From assembly GCA_020137815.1 (NCBI GenBank), contig CM035355.1, positions 1,488,001-1,552,000 on the forward strand: a stretch of DNA of 64,000 nt. The letters run 5' to 3'. Positions 1-27,700 of this stretch are shown piece by piece; the stretch's first letter is position 1; each line of letters starts with the position of its first letter. The notes under the pieces were generated by a model that saw nothing but the letters and a program-made list of their open reading frames with translations, did not search any database and was not told where the DNA came from. The position numbers and the translations under genes are program-made. This stretch comes from Hormiphora californensis. Lineage: Eukaryota; Animalia; Ctenophora.

Positions 1-98
1 AACAAACAAACAAACAAACAAACAAACAAACAAACAAACAAACAAACAAACAAACAAACAAACAAACAAACAAACAAACAAACAAACAAACAAACAAA
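1..98. repeat. (AAAC)n microsatellite, intronic
   Basis: Perfect tetranucleotide tandem array at the window start. Confidence 0.98.
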
Positions 99-109
99 CC
101 CACACCTAC

Positions 110-14320
<14,211 letters not shown>

Positions 14321-15040
14321 GCCCTAGTGAGGGAGATGTGACGCCGGAATAAGATGTCTATCTGTATAATGTAATACAATGATATGATATTGATGGTAGT
14401 AGCTAACTGGTAAATCGACATGTTTTCAATATTCACAGTTCACAACAAGACGGATAACGGTCTTCCTTGCACCACCGGGACATCTCCCGGGGACGTCCCC
14501 TGAGACGTTCCAGCTGAGGGATTACATACATGACATCTATGGAGATGCATATACATACTCCCCAGCTGGTACTTCTCTGGGGACGTCCACGAGAGATCTC
14601 CCGGAGATGCAAGGGAGACCGTACGCGATAACAATATGGCAACTGTATGACCCGTGTGTACGCCACCAAAAAATAGTGTCTAAAACTCGAACGTTGCAAA
14701 TAGATTTGTTTGCCTAGCGGAGGCGAAGATAGTCCCGGTTCAGCGTGTCTAGGACACACTTATTGGCTTGCAGAAAGGAAGAAAAGAGGAATTTCGAGAC
14801 AATTTGGACAACTTTGCCGAAAATTTAAAATGTTAGTTTAAAAATCGTGGACCAAAACATCAAATTTTTGGTGCGCGGCTTAAAAAAGGCAAGTTTTGGG
14901 CAGCGCTCGAAACGTTTTTGCTCATTTTCTCGCGCGTTACATATTAAACCCACATCAGTCCTCTATCAGTCTACTCACCTTGAATAATTTCACTGCACTG
15001 AGTTTTTTGCAAAACCAAAATTTTGGTCACTTGTTTTTTA

Positions 15041-15288
15041 AAGTGGATGGTGGAGCATTTACTCCCCTGGTTATGGCAACAACTGGCGGTCTCGGGCGTG
15101 AGTTCTCCCGCTTCGTAAAGCATCTTGCAGAAAAGAAATCAGACAAGAGTGGCAACAGATACGAAGAGTGTGTGAGATATATTCGCCTAAGATTGTCCTT
15201 CTCGATGGTGAGGAGTGTCACTCTTTCACTTCGAGGGTTCAGAGGAAGACTGAGAGAGGACACTACTGAAGATTTATATCTGATGTAA
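15041..15288 (+). mobile_element. 3' fragment of a CRE-like non-LTR retrotransposon (restriction-like endonuclease C-terminal region)
   Basis: VDGGAFTPLVMATTGGLGREFSRFVKHLAEKKS..YEECVRYIRLRLSFSMVRSVTLSLRG matches the FTPLVxxxTGGxG...RLSFxxxRSxxxxLRG signature of RLE-type CRE elements. Confidence 0.7.
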
Positions 15289-15919
15289 TTGATTGTTGTA
15301 GTGCCTTATAGCACAGAGTTCCTTTGGCGCCAGAGAGCGCATGCATCATGTACATCCGAGTACTCTCGGAACCAAGGTTTTAATACGGGAGCGCTCTTGT
15401 TTTTTAATTTTATATTTTAAGACAAAAAATAACCAAAATGTTGAAAAGCGCTGCCTTGTCCAGCGCTGCGGGGGCCAGCAACGTTTGCCAAACCAAAGTG
15501 TGACCATGCCCGGCAAATGTCCAACATTTTCGGGGGGCTTTGAAGCCCCTGGACACTACCTGCGGGGGCTCAGCCCAGGAACGTGCTGGGCCGGGGCCAG
15601 CGCCGTCCCTGCCATGCCGCATGCGAACATGTCTTTCGTCCTGATACTGATAAAGAGGGGACTGCAGCAAATGCAACCCGTTAACCCCAAGCATAGCCCT
15701 TATCACACTCTGCGTAACAGCCCCGTTAACAGCGTCGTTACGGTGTTTGGCGACCTGTCTACAGGTACACGCTTCCAACAAATTTGATTCACTAAAATGG
15801 CTCTAACCGCCCAAACCACTCAACCGTTTTGGCTAATTCAAAGTCCTTACCCATCTCGACCGCCATCTCGACCGCCAACACTCGCCACTATGGTCGCCAT
15901 GCCAAACTGGCGAGATTGC

Positions 15920-16490
15920 AAAGATCGAGGGAATCCAACGTTTCTTCACACGGAGAATCACAGACTGTGAAGGCATGAATTACTGGGAACGATTAGCCCA
16001 CCTCAGGATACTTTCTTTGCAGAGAAGACGGGAAAGATACATGATCATACATATGTGGAAGATATACAAGGGGCTAGCACCTAATAGCACGAACATATCC
16101 TTCTACGTCCACCATCGACACGGTCCGAAAGCAGTTGTCCCTCGGATCATCACATCGGCACAGAAATCAGTCCAGACGCTACGGGATGCATCATTCGGAG
16201 TTAGAGCGGTTCAACTCTTTAACAGGATGCCCGAGGAAGTACGGCTGGCAACATCAATCGAGAACCTAAAAGTCACACTTGGAGACTTCCTTGCTACCAT
16301 ACCAGACTTTCCACCTGTCAGAGGATACTCGAGCCCTAGAGATAACTCCCTTGTTGCCCTGCTCACTGAGGGGAAGTAGTTCACTCATATAGGGAATATC
16401 ATTTTATCACGCGGAAGCTCTGCTGAGTGCGTTGTATTCATTTGTTATGTATACTAAAACTTATTTGTAATCTTGTAATCTTGTAATCAC
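15920..16490 (+). mobile_element. 5'-truncated LINE (CR1/L2/Crack-like) reverse transcriptase C-terminus
   Basis: IQRFFTRRITDCEGMNYWERLAHLRILSLQRRRERYMIIHMWKIYKGLAPN...SFGVRAVQLFNRMP; stop at 16379; a (TTGTAATC)3 tail-like repeat at ~16465. Confidence 0.8.
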
Positions 16491-16984
16491 TGCAGATAGA
16501 TAGATAGTTAGCAGTGCAAGATTTTAATGTTTGCCGTCACCAACACTGAACTGTCAACGTGATATCTGAGTCGTGACCACTATCCTCGTTAGAAGGGGTC
16601 AGCGCGATTCATGACAGCCGAAATTAAATAACTGGATCGCAATAGCGACCCGCCCTGAGTTCAATTGTCTCAAGAAGTTCCAAAGCGCCGTCACTTCTGG
16701 AGCAACTCGACTGTGAATATCTTCCCACGTGATGTGAATTCAGCAAAAGACCTAACTGATGTCAGAGGATACTGGATCGTCCCCTGGTATACCTGGTCTG
16801 CATATTACATATACCATACAAAATAGCAACTCAAAAACCGACTGGACACCACTGTTATCTAAGGAGGGGTAGGCTCTGTGACTGACATAGGTACAGCATC
16901 TGTAAATAAGAGGAAGATTACAAGACTCTCTGGAGATGCCAGGTGACTCATGTTCTAACCCTCCGGAAAGAGGGTCGAGCTAGG

Positions 16985-18460
16985 CACTATTTTTCCCAAC
17001 TCATAAATCAAATCAAATTTTCACATAGTTTACCCCTAGAATGAGTTCCTACGATCATTCTAAAACATTTGGTAAAAAAATTTTAGTCCTACCCTGGCCC
17101 AATTACGTGGGCCGATGTATGCCCATATATGGGCATATTCATATCAAAAAATGTTTTTTGGGGCGTTATTTCGAAAAAACCACACATATGAATCGCCTCA
17201 TGAGAACCAGTACAACCATTATTTCCAGTCTGCACCTTCAGAACTCCATTTTATAATGAAAAATTTATTTTTTTTCATCTTTTTTTCTTGCACATTTTCC
17301 TACTTTGCTATATAGTACATAACTCCCTCCCGCGCGTGCATCTATTCAATAGACGCACTGCAGAGCAGTGCGTCTATTGAGCTGTAATGCACGGGTCCCG
17401 AAGGGACCCGTGCGTTACAGCCCTGTAAATCCCGAGCGTCAGCGAGGGGTTTACAGGTATATCTGCACGTTAGGGAGGGAGTTGTGTTCTATAGACCCCG
17501 CTGGCGGGCATCTAGAAGCAAAACAAGCACAAATTAGGTGGTTGACACACAGAGAGCTCACACAAAACGGGTCAAACAGTTGGAAATGAAGGTACAGAGT
17601 GCCTCTCTACATTCCTACACACTCGTAACAATCGTTGTAACAGTTTCAAAGCGTGGAATGCAGAGAGAGATTACAGTTAATTGTGGGTCATGAGCAACAG
17701 TTGCAACAGACTGGCGGGCGCCAAATCTAGACAGAGAGTGTTGTAGGTTGTACACACACTCCCTCTTGAGTTACCAAGTCATTTTATCGTGTTTCCAGTG
17801 ATTCTTTGTGATCTTTACACAAATCTGTCAGAGGGCGTGCGTCTATCGAGACACAAACTCACGGCAGTGCACGGCCCAATAGACCAGTGCAAATTGTTTG
17901 AGCGCGCCGTGCGTCTATTTGAGCCGGCGGGGTCTATATTAGTGGAGACGAATTTTAACTTTTTGAGATTTTATTTGTCGGAAAGCAAATTCCGGTTGTA
18001 ACCGACTAATTTTGACCTGCTGAACACGATCCCGTTCATGAAAAAGCTCTCAAAATTGAAGAAAATGACCAAAATGAACATTCTTAGTCAAAAATGAACA
18101 TTTTTGGTCCAAAATGAACATTTTCAGGTCAAAAATGAACTTTGGCTAACTTTCATGATACACATCCATTCTGATCGGTATCAAACCGCTGAACACGACC
18201 CTGACCATAAAAAGTTGATATCAAGAACATGCATGATATCAAGAACATGCATGATATCAAGAACATGCAAAAACTGGTGTAAAACACACATATTTTCCTT
18301 TTTTCGGTAAAAAAGTAAACTTTTTTAATCGCCTGGCCCACGTAATTGACATACACTACCCCAATTCCGTTTTCAGGATGTAGTAGACAATTGTCCATAG
18401 TTTAATATCTAGGGGTAAACTATTGGCCAAGTCGACAAAATTTTCACTTAGCACACCCTA
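16985..18460. mobile_element. MITE family copy 2, carrying a ~630-bp nested insertion
   Basis: Homologous to 8407-9234; ends TTAGCACACCCTA at 18460; an 18-bp unit TGATATCAAGAACATGCA is triplicated at ~18216-18269. Confidence 0.8.
17311..17938. mobile_element. Nested palindromic MITE(s) inserted at a TA site
   Basis: Absent from copy 1. Inverted ends TATAG(T/A)ACA(T/C)AACTCCCTCC span 17311-17493 and TATAGACCCCGC(T/C)GGC span 17490-17938. Confidence 0.75.
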
Positions 18461-19016
18461 GTCACCACACATGAGACACATGCTCCAGGAAGGTCCCGGA
18501 CGGAGGGCTATGTCTGACCAACTGCTCCAAGGAACCGTTCTAGCCTTATCATGCAGTTCCAGGGTAGTTCCAGATGGAACCTATTGAGGACATGACCCTT
18601 AGTTCTGAGAAAAAGTGGGTGCAAACACTAAGCATATGCATATTATGCATTATGCACTCTTTGAAGAAGAAAAACAAGAAGATAAAAAGAGTAGGCTCCG
18701 TTGATAACTTGGTGCTTTGGTGTCTTTGGTGTCTTTGATAAAAGTTAACAATTATATTTTAGTCTCTACCCTGTCCCTGTTTCCTGAGTCTGAGTAATTA
18801 TTGGAAGCCAAAGTTTACGTAGATCTGCAGATGAAACCTAAACCCTTGGGTTTCCTCTTTCCTAGTTTGGCTGCTGTAGACTCATTACCGTCCAATTATC
18901 AAATTAGGTCCCCCAGTCTGTGATGCATGTCCCATCGTGTAACAGGGTACACGTGACCACTGAGGGAGAGAGAGAGGGGGAGAGAGAGAGAGATGAGAGA
19001 AGAGAGAGAGACTAGA

Positions 19017-19052
<36 letters not shown>

Positions 19053-19266
19053 GCCAATGATTGAGCTGTCCAATTAGGGGTGCATGACGCCCCGATAGGT
19101 ACTTGTTTCACTTCTCAGTTGTATTGTGCTTGTTGATGGTCTACAGTGATGTAGGAGTGAGATCTAGGAGGCAATGGTTATCGGATCGTTTAACAGGAAC
19201 TGTTAAAACCATGTCTATCTTTCTCCCTCTCTCTCTGTCAATCTCTCTCTCCCTCCCTCTCTCTCA

Positions 19267-19319
<53 letters not shown>

Positions 19320-19321
19320 TC

Positions 19322-19353
<32 letters not shown>

Positions 19354-20019
19354 ACCTTGATGTGTTATCGTTGCTGAGTTTGGTATTTCTGTCGGTGACC
19401 TCAGGAGTTATTCCCTGTATTATATAACTTGCAATAATATGCTTCTCTCAGTAACCCATTGACATGTCTCTTGACGATCCTGCATATCTGGATTCGAGTT
19501 TTATCTTTCTCAAAACACACCAATGCAAATATGTACGTGTTTGTTGTAGCAACTGGGAAAGATTTATAATACTTCTTCTAGGCTCTAGCCTCACAACTTT
19601 CTCTACCATATCGCTCAAGTCACTGATCCACCTTTTTATCTGTGTTCTGGCCCTCTTATCTAACTCTCCGTATCAGTGACTTCACCCCCGGGTGGGGCAC
19701 CAAAAGTTGTCCGCGTGTGTATCATTATTATTGGTGACCTCTGTGTCTGCCTATACTTTACTAACCGCAGTGTTGTTTTTTCTTCACCTGCACTTCCACC
19801 ATTCTTTTTGGAAACTTTCCAACAACTCCCACTCCTTCTCATTTCTCGAGTAGTATAGCGATACTCTTTATATCACTCACCTTTTACCACACTTGCCCCT
19901 CTTCATGTATCCTTCAGTCTCATTTTATTCTCTCGTTTTCTTGTTTCCTGCTTGTCAAACTACTCAACTTGCTAGTTGGCCACTTCAGCTACACGTGTCA
20001 TTTAGTCGAGTCAGGAAGG

Positions 20020-20088
<69 letters not shown>

Positions 20089-21859
20089 TGCGAAAAGTAT
20101 AAAGAAAGATAGAGGGAAGACGGAGAGATAGATACAGCGAGAAAGAGCGAGAAAGATAGCGACTCTAGAGAAAGATAGAGCAAAGAGAATAAAAGAATAG
20201 AGGAAGAGAGAGAGATATATTTGGGTGCTCACTTGACACCCGAGACTGCTAAGCTTCGTTACACAAGGCGTGCAGTATCAGTTGTTTTTCCTCGTGTGTC
20301 TCTCTGATCCGATTGTACACCCATATATCCAGTATGTATGAGAGCTACTAAAATTCAACCAATTTTACTCCACCCTGATTGGATTGCTCAGCTCCTCCTC
20401 CTCCCACTAAATATAGAACGCAGTTTACAGCCTACTCAGCTGGTCAGTATTAGCTCCTCCTAACTGTGCGGTATTGCACCGCGTTTGTTTGCTTTTCTGC
20501 GAATGTAGGTGAGAGAAAGCGACAGAGAGGCTGAGAGAGATGGTAAGGGAATGAAAGAAAGAAACTTGGGATGGCTTGCAGAAGAGGACCAATATGTCAC
20601 GATACTTTGGGCTGATTGTATAACTCTATGAGTCATAGAGCTATCCCCGTAACTTTCTCTCTCTCCACTCTTGCTTGTCCCCATTTCATTCTCTCCCCGT
20701 AATAGATCTCCCATCAACCGTCTGTTCTAGAAGCTGACTTTGTGTTTGTTTATAATAACTCATCTCTCTTTACTCCTCTCCTCTCCCTCTCTCTTTTAAA
20801 TCCCTATTCCCTCTTTCTCTCTCTCTCTCTCTCTCGCGCCCTTCTCTCTCCTCTCATCCCGTCTCTCTCTTCTCCTCGTCTTCTTTCCCGCTCCCGTACT
20901 CTCGTTCCTTTCCCCCCTTCCTAGGTAGAGCAAACATACCTCGTATGTACATATTACCACATCCTGCGAGAAGGGGGGGGGCTTTGTGGCGAAGTCACGT
21001 TTCTATTTGAACTGCAATGCAGTTACTGCACGTACCATGTTGTTCTTTGAGAGGGTTTCACCAAGTCACGTTAGATTTGATGAGTATTTTGAATTGCTTC
21101 CTAACACTTCCAGCAGCAATAGTAGTGATTGTTGAAATAACTGTCCCTCACTATACCACACTTTAGTACTTCGACAGTGACCAATTGGAGAAGAATTCAA
21201 AGATGTGAGACGCAGAACGAGAGATCATTGGTTGGTTACTTCTACGTTTTACAGGGGGTAACGTTTCACGACCTCATTAGCTCTGTTTGTCTTGTACACA
21301 CACCATGTGGCTCGTTAGTGCATGTGTTGTGTGTGTTAGAGAGACCTTCATACTAACCTCCTGTTAGAGATATAGGAGGGGAGAGAATGTTCTCTAACAG
21401 TTAGAGACCTTCCTCTCCCCTCCTATCATATAGAGTGGACCCCCGTGCCTGTTTTTGCGTTGTATGTTACCTGTTTGTAAGTTTGAAACGCTCGCAGAAC
21501 ACTTGAGTTCGTCATCATCTCTCAGTATATGTTAGTGTGACTATCAGTTGTTCTCATACATTGAGCCGTGCGATCTCTTAGAAGGACAACATATATACAC
21601 TTTGTACCCATGTGTGTGCAATAACTTGCAATTTTCATTACCTACACTGTATGCACTATCATGCAGCTCACTACAAACTAGCCACAACACCCCGTAAACT
21701 ACCTTGAAACCGTCATTAGTGCGACCTGTCACGTTTGTTATCGCGAACCCCCGTTTAAAAAGGGCCGTCTCTGCAGTGTCACCGAGAGTCTGTGATAACC
21801 CGAGATGCAGTTACTATAGCATATGAAGAGAGTTTGGAGGCAGGAGGCTAACTTGTTAG

Positions 21860-22629
21860 ATGCCTCAGCGTCCCAGGAATCGTAGCGGGGAGGGGAGTAG
21901 TCATGGTACCTCGATTAAAAGGAGTCTCTCTCTGACACTTAGCAAAGCAACTCGCTATCGTCCGCGGGATGGATACCCAATAATAGATATAGGTAGCTTG
22001 GAGACTTAGAAACTGGTCCGTGGGGCGGCTGGTAGATACAGATTAATATTGTCAGGGTTGCTGGTTGAATTGTTGTTGGGATGGTTCTTAGTTGGGACTT
22101 GGGAGGTTTATTGATTAGCCCCCCCTCCCTCACTCGTTTTGGTTCTAACACCACCCCCTTGTTGGTTCTAACCCCACACCCTCTCTTCAGATCTGGGGGT
22201 GGAGTTCCTGCAGAGGTCGTTAGTCTGGCGAGTGGTGTTTCAACTGAAAGTGGTATTCACATGGGGAGTGACCATGACACTGTTAACAACTTCAAACCAG
22301 GTATTTGACCCCTTTTTACTGCTACCCCTGCAGGTCAATACCTCCAGTACTCATTAGCTTAGGTGCTGGATGTATTGGGGGGTACGTGCTGGGTAAAGTA
22401 CCAATCTGAATTTGACAGTTTTGGTTTCTTGGAGTCTGGTTTCAGTGCTGTCTGGATTCAGGTTTACCCTCTCCTCCTTTACACTGAATATTCTGTTAAA
22501 ACCAATTCTCTCCATCTCAGGAAGACCGAGATTGATTTTAGTTGAGGGTGAAAGTCTATCAAAGATACTAAAACATGTGAAAAGGTCACAGTCTTACAAT
22601 GTCTGTGATATTAACAAGGACAACAGAAG
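21860..22629 (+). CDS. Candidate 5' exons of the RADIL-like gene (low-complexity N-terminus)
   Basis: ~21860-21992 MPQRPRNRSGEGSSHGTSIKRSLSLTLS...; 22191-22300 SGGGVPAEVVSLASGVSTESGIHMGSDHDT (CTAAC branch + pyrimidine tract + CAG); 22521-22629 RPRLILVEGESLSKILKHVKRSQSY. The last two join in phase; the link to 24734 is not resolved. Confidence 0.4.
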
Positions 22630-22648
22630 GTATGCTCTCTCTCTCTTT

Positions 22649-22680
<32 letters not shown>

Positions 22681-22763
22681 GTCCTCTCTCTAATCTCTCT
22701 CTCTCTCCTTTCCTCCTCCTCGTCTCCTCCTCTCATCTCTCTCGGGGGGTCCTCTTCTCGTCT

Positions 22764-22825
<62 letters not shown>

Positions 22826-22912
22826 ATCTCCTCTCTCTCTCTTCTCTCTTCTCTCCTCTCTCTCTCCTACTCTCTCTCTCTCTCTTCTCTCTCTTTCTCT
22901 CTCTCTCTCTCG

Positions 22913-22990
<78 letters not shown>

Positions 22991-23048
22991 GTCTCTCTCT
23001 CTCTCTCTTCATCTCTCTCTCTCTCCCTCTCTACTCTCCTGATCCCTG

Positions 23049-23111
<63 letters not shown>

Positions 23112-23134
23112 CTCTCATCTCTCTCCTCTCTCTA

Positions 23135-23170
<36 letters not shown>

Positions 23171-23580
23171 ACCTTGACCTCTCTGTCAGTCCCACTATTC
23201 TAGGTCCCAACTAGGTGTATTATAATAGTAGCATAACTAAAGTAATATATTAGTACACATCTAATATCTCTTCATCACCCGCTCTGAATCTCTCACCACT
23301 CTCGTTAGCTGTGACTTGGTGGAATTATCTCTCCATCTTTCCTCTCTCTCTATCTCTCCCTCTTTCCCTCTCTCTATCTCTCCCTCTTTATATCTTCTCC
23401 CTCTCTATCTCACCCTCTCTCTATCTTCCCCTATCTGTATCTCTCTCTCCTTCTCTCCCTATGACCTATAGCTCTATCTCCATCTCCCAGTCTCTCTCCT
23501 TCTCTCACTATCTCTCCCCTTCTCTCTCTCTCTCTCTCTCTCTCACCATCTCTTTCATCATATCTCTCTCTCTCTCTCTC

Positions 23581-23614
<34 letters not shown>

Positions 23615-24733
23615 ACTTGTCACCCCATCAAGCTGATGCCCAAGGCTCTCTGACTGGTCATTCTCTGTATTTTTCTCACTCTTTTCATTCTCTGTGTGTG
23701 CGTGTGGGAAACCTTGCTGTGCAGCACACGTACCTGTCGTACATCCACTCTCTGTCTCTCTCTGTCTCTCTCTTTCCATATTTTCATTCCCTCTGAGTTT
23801 TCGTGGGTTTTCGTGTGTAGGTTTTTAACTTTTAACTACTCCAGTACAGTCCGCTCCATTGCAGTTTGTCTGTGTTTTTCAGGATCCACGTCTAGTTTTG
23901 TGTTTTCCAGGGACCACGTCTAGTTTACGTGTTCTAATTACTCACGTTTACATATGGTGTGACTTGCCTAGCTTGTTGGCTACTCTTTGTAACACGCTGG
24001 CAGGCCCCTAACGATGTTGTGAAGTGTCCAAGGAATAATGTGAGAGAGAGGGTGAGAGAGAGGGGGGAGAGGGAAATGAGTCCTGCAGGAGATGATGCAT
24101 GTATGGGATCGCTGCAAGGAAACTGTACACATGCAACGATTCATTACAAATTTCAAATAAATTTGACGGAAAAACTGTGCCGTGTCTCTGTAAAAAAGAG
24201 GACGGAAATAGGTCGAGGGGAAGTTTGACAGAAAAAAAGTGGGCAGAGAAATAAAGAGAGAATCCGTCTGAGACAAATAATGTCTGAGAGTGTATACAAC
24301 AGCAGTGTGGGTATACTTTGACGCCGTATTTTTCGTGTTATTGAATTCATATCACGTTAAAACCCCTGTTGGTTAGTGTAGCCTAATAACCATTTCTCTA
24401 TCAGACACACAGTCACAAGCTCTTATTTTAATCTCTCTATCTTCTCTTTTTGTACTTGCCAGGTGATCAAATAGCCACGACATTGTAAATGTGAACTGCA
24501 AATATAGATCCTAGCTCCTTTCAAGTTGTTGGCGATGACTTCTTCTTCTACCTCTTTTAGAATCGTTTACATTTCTAGATGAGAGAGAGAGAGAGAGAGA
24601 GAGAAAGATAGTCAACAGAGTGAGATAGATAGTCAACAGAGACAGAGAGGCCTAGCTGTGTGTGTACGATTGTGTCTTCATTATAAAATTGCCTACTTAT
24701 TTCTTCACTCCTCTGTATATATTGTCTACACAG

Positions 24734-27700
24734 ATCATCTCTTCACACAGGAAGAAGGCTAGACCCAAGTCCCTGGTATATGGTAGATGGGGGGACAACA
24801 ACTCGGATAAGATATCCCCTGATGAGTTGTATGTTTGGCAGCAACAACTTCGTCAGATGCAGGCCCACAAGAACTGCAACTCTACCACAATGGAGGAAGC
24901 AACACCCACACCACAACCCCCTACTGCTGTCAAGAAACAACACAAAAACAAGGTTTGTGGAAACAAGATATGTGTTCCTTGAGATTATTTACTTTTCTCG
25001 ACCTTCTCACGTGGGGTGGTTTGAACTAGAAATTATAATTATCACGGCTGGATCAGGATTAACATTGATCATTTCAGCTACCAAAAAAGGAAAGCCTGCG
25101 ACAGAAGGCTACAACATTAATATTTGGGTTGAAGGTCGGGAGGGATAAACGGAAATCGAAGGGAACTAACTCATCCAATAGTTACACTGAGGAGGAGACG
25201 CCTAGCTGCTCATCACTCGATAAGTAAATATAATTAGCAATGAACTGTGTGGACTATCAGTGTGTGATATAATTACCAATTGGTTAAATAGTTAATTAAG
25301 TAGTTGCTAATTGTTAGTTATTTGCTAATTCTATATGTCATGTCAGTGCAGTTGCTAATTAATTACCATATTTCAGGTCAGGGTGTTCAGAGAACCTTCC
25401 TCCCTCTTCCGATGTGTTGACGATACTAAAAGTGTTTGCTGGCACTGCACTTGAGAGTACAACCCCTAATGCTGAATACAGATCTGTTCTAGCCACAGTT
25501 GATAGCACCGTGCTAGAGGTAATTAGTTAGTTAATTAGTTAATTGATGATTTTATCAGTTAATTATTAGGGTGAATGAATTTAATACAGTTACAATGGAT
25601 CACGACACAACTTAATTTCAGATTAAGAAACAAGCTATAAAGAAGTACTCACTGAAGGATAGCGACCCAGCTCACTACATTATAGTGTTATCTACTGGCA
25701 AGTACTTGGATAATAAGGGGAATAAGATCAGCTCTAAATGCGAGGTTTGTAATGCTTCTACAGTCGGACTCCTATTTACCGGGATGCTCGGGGGAAAGGG
25801 TGCCCGGTAAATCGGGGTCCGACTGTATTGTGTTTGTAAATCATTTTACTTCTATTGTGACATTCGGGAGAGTCGGTATGTTGATTATGTAGTGACATAA
25901 TTCTTCTTGCCCTCTCTCACCGCGCCCCGAGGAGGGTAATAGAACATTTGACGTCACTATTGCTCTGTCATAACCCCCAAATTACACCAATGAGTTTATC
26001 AACTGTTCATCAGGGTTTTGGAAGTAAAAGTGAGTGTTGGAAAGAGGATCGATTTGAAGAGCTGTCTAACAACTACCATCCCCTACAGAGAGATGCTATT
26101 GCCCAGGTAAATATATAACTGAGTCACTGGCCCCCTTAGTACTGAAATAGTGAGTCACTGGCCCCCCTCAATGTCGCGTTAATATTAGGGCTCTGATATT
26201 ATATAGGGCTGATATGTCACCTAATCCTAAAATCCTTTATTGCCGGCCCTTTACTGTTTACATTTATATTGATCTCTCTCTCTCTCTCTCTCTCTCCTGC
26301 AGGACTTTGATAATTGTCGGTTGGAGTTGAGACACCAGGGAGTCAGTATCACAGAGGGATTACACACTTACCCCTCAGATGGGCCATTTCTCATCCTCAT
26401 CCAAGGGTATGTGTCACTACCCCCCACTAATTGCAGGCCAATTAATAACATCATGTCACAAATCGGTTTGTGAGTGATCATCCTAATACCTCTCTCTCTC
26501 TTTATAGGAATGATAGACAGAAAGACCGGGCGGTGTATCCAGTGAGAGAAGGGGTGACACTATTCACAGGCATTACTCACTCTCCCCCTCATGGATTCTC
26601 TGGAAATGTTACCCATCTCCACACACACGAACAGATCAACTTTACTATCCATCGGAAAGGTAAGAGCTAGGTATAAGAGCTAGGTTTTATTAGGTGGCCG
26701 GTGGGGTATTTCATAGTTTTCAATGTTCACACCAGCTGGGTTGGCGGGTTTATTGTTATAACACAGAAGACTGGCGTGAACATTGGAAATGTAAGAGAGG
26801 TTTTCTGTGTGTGTTTGACAAGGTATAATTTTACTGAGTGTTTCGAGTCTGTATAATTATGCACATTGCACATCCTCAGTAACTTAGTGCATGTGAGAGC
26901 TGAGAGACTGAGTTCTTTCCACGGAGAGCCCACATCCGGGTTAAATAACCGTGACTGCATAAAGTGGGATATTAAAGAGATAACGCTTTTGGCACCCTCC
27001 TTGCTAGAACTGATAAGACACCTCAGTGGGAAATAGCACGAACTATAACATATTTGTCACGAACACATTATATTATTCGATGGAACAATATTTCAGGGTT
27101 TTACTGTTCCTTGGAAGGTGGAGAGAAGATATTGTGCGGCCAGACTCTCTCTGTAGGCCGGTTCTACAAATTCCTGTTTAGGAACTCTATCGAGAATGAT
27201 ATTCCTTTTGCTCCAGGTAGCTTAATTAGTTATTTAATCAACTAAGTAATGAATTGATCAAATGTGTAATTTAGTATTTCATGAAGCACTAATAAACGTT
27301 ATAATATGTTGAATTGTATTGTATAACCCTTGTTTGTTTGTCAGATATGGTTGGGTCTCCAGACACACAGAGGACTCTCTCTACAGGAACCCTAACATCT
27401 GCCTCCCCTGACCTCAATTCCCTACACCTCCACGCAGAGCCACGCTTCATATTCACCCTGGTAATAACAATAGTAGTGCTAGATAATATTGTGTATTTAT
27501 GGGTAATGTAATAATGAGTACAAATTGCTATTTGGGTTTCACATCTAGTTGCGATAAGTATAGTTGTGTTACTACACCAACAATACACGAGTATAGTTGC
27601 TAACAGTTGTCCTCATATTTCAGGACAATGCTGACACAGTGTTTGGATACATAATGACGTGGGAGGTATTGATGACACGATACCCCCTTTCTGTGGCCTA

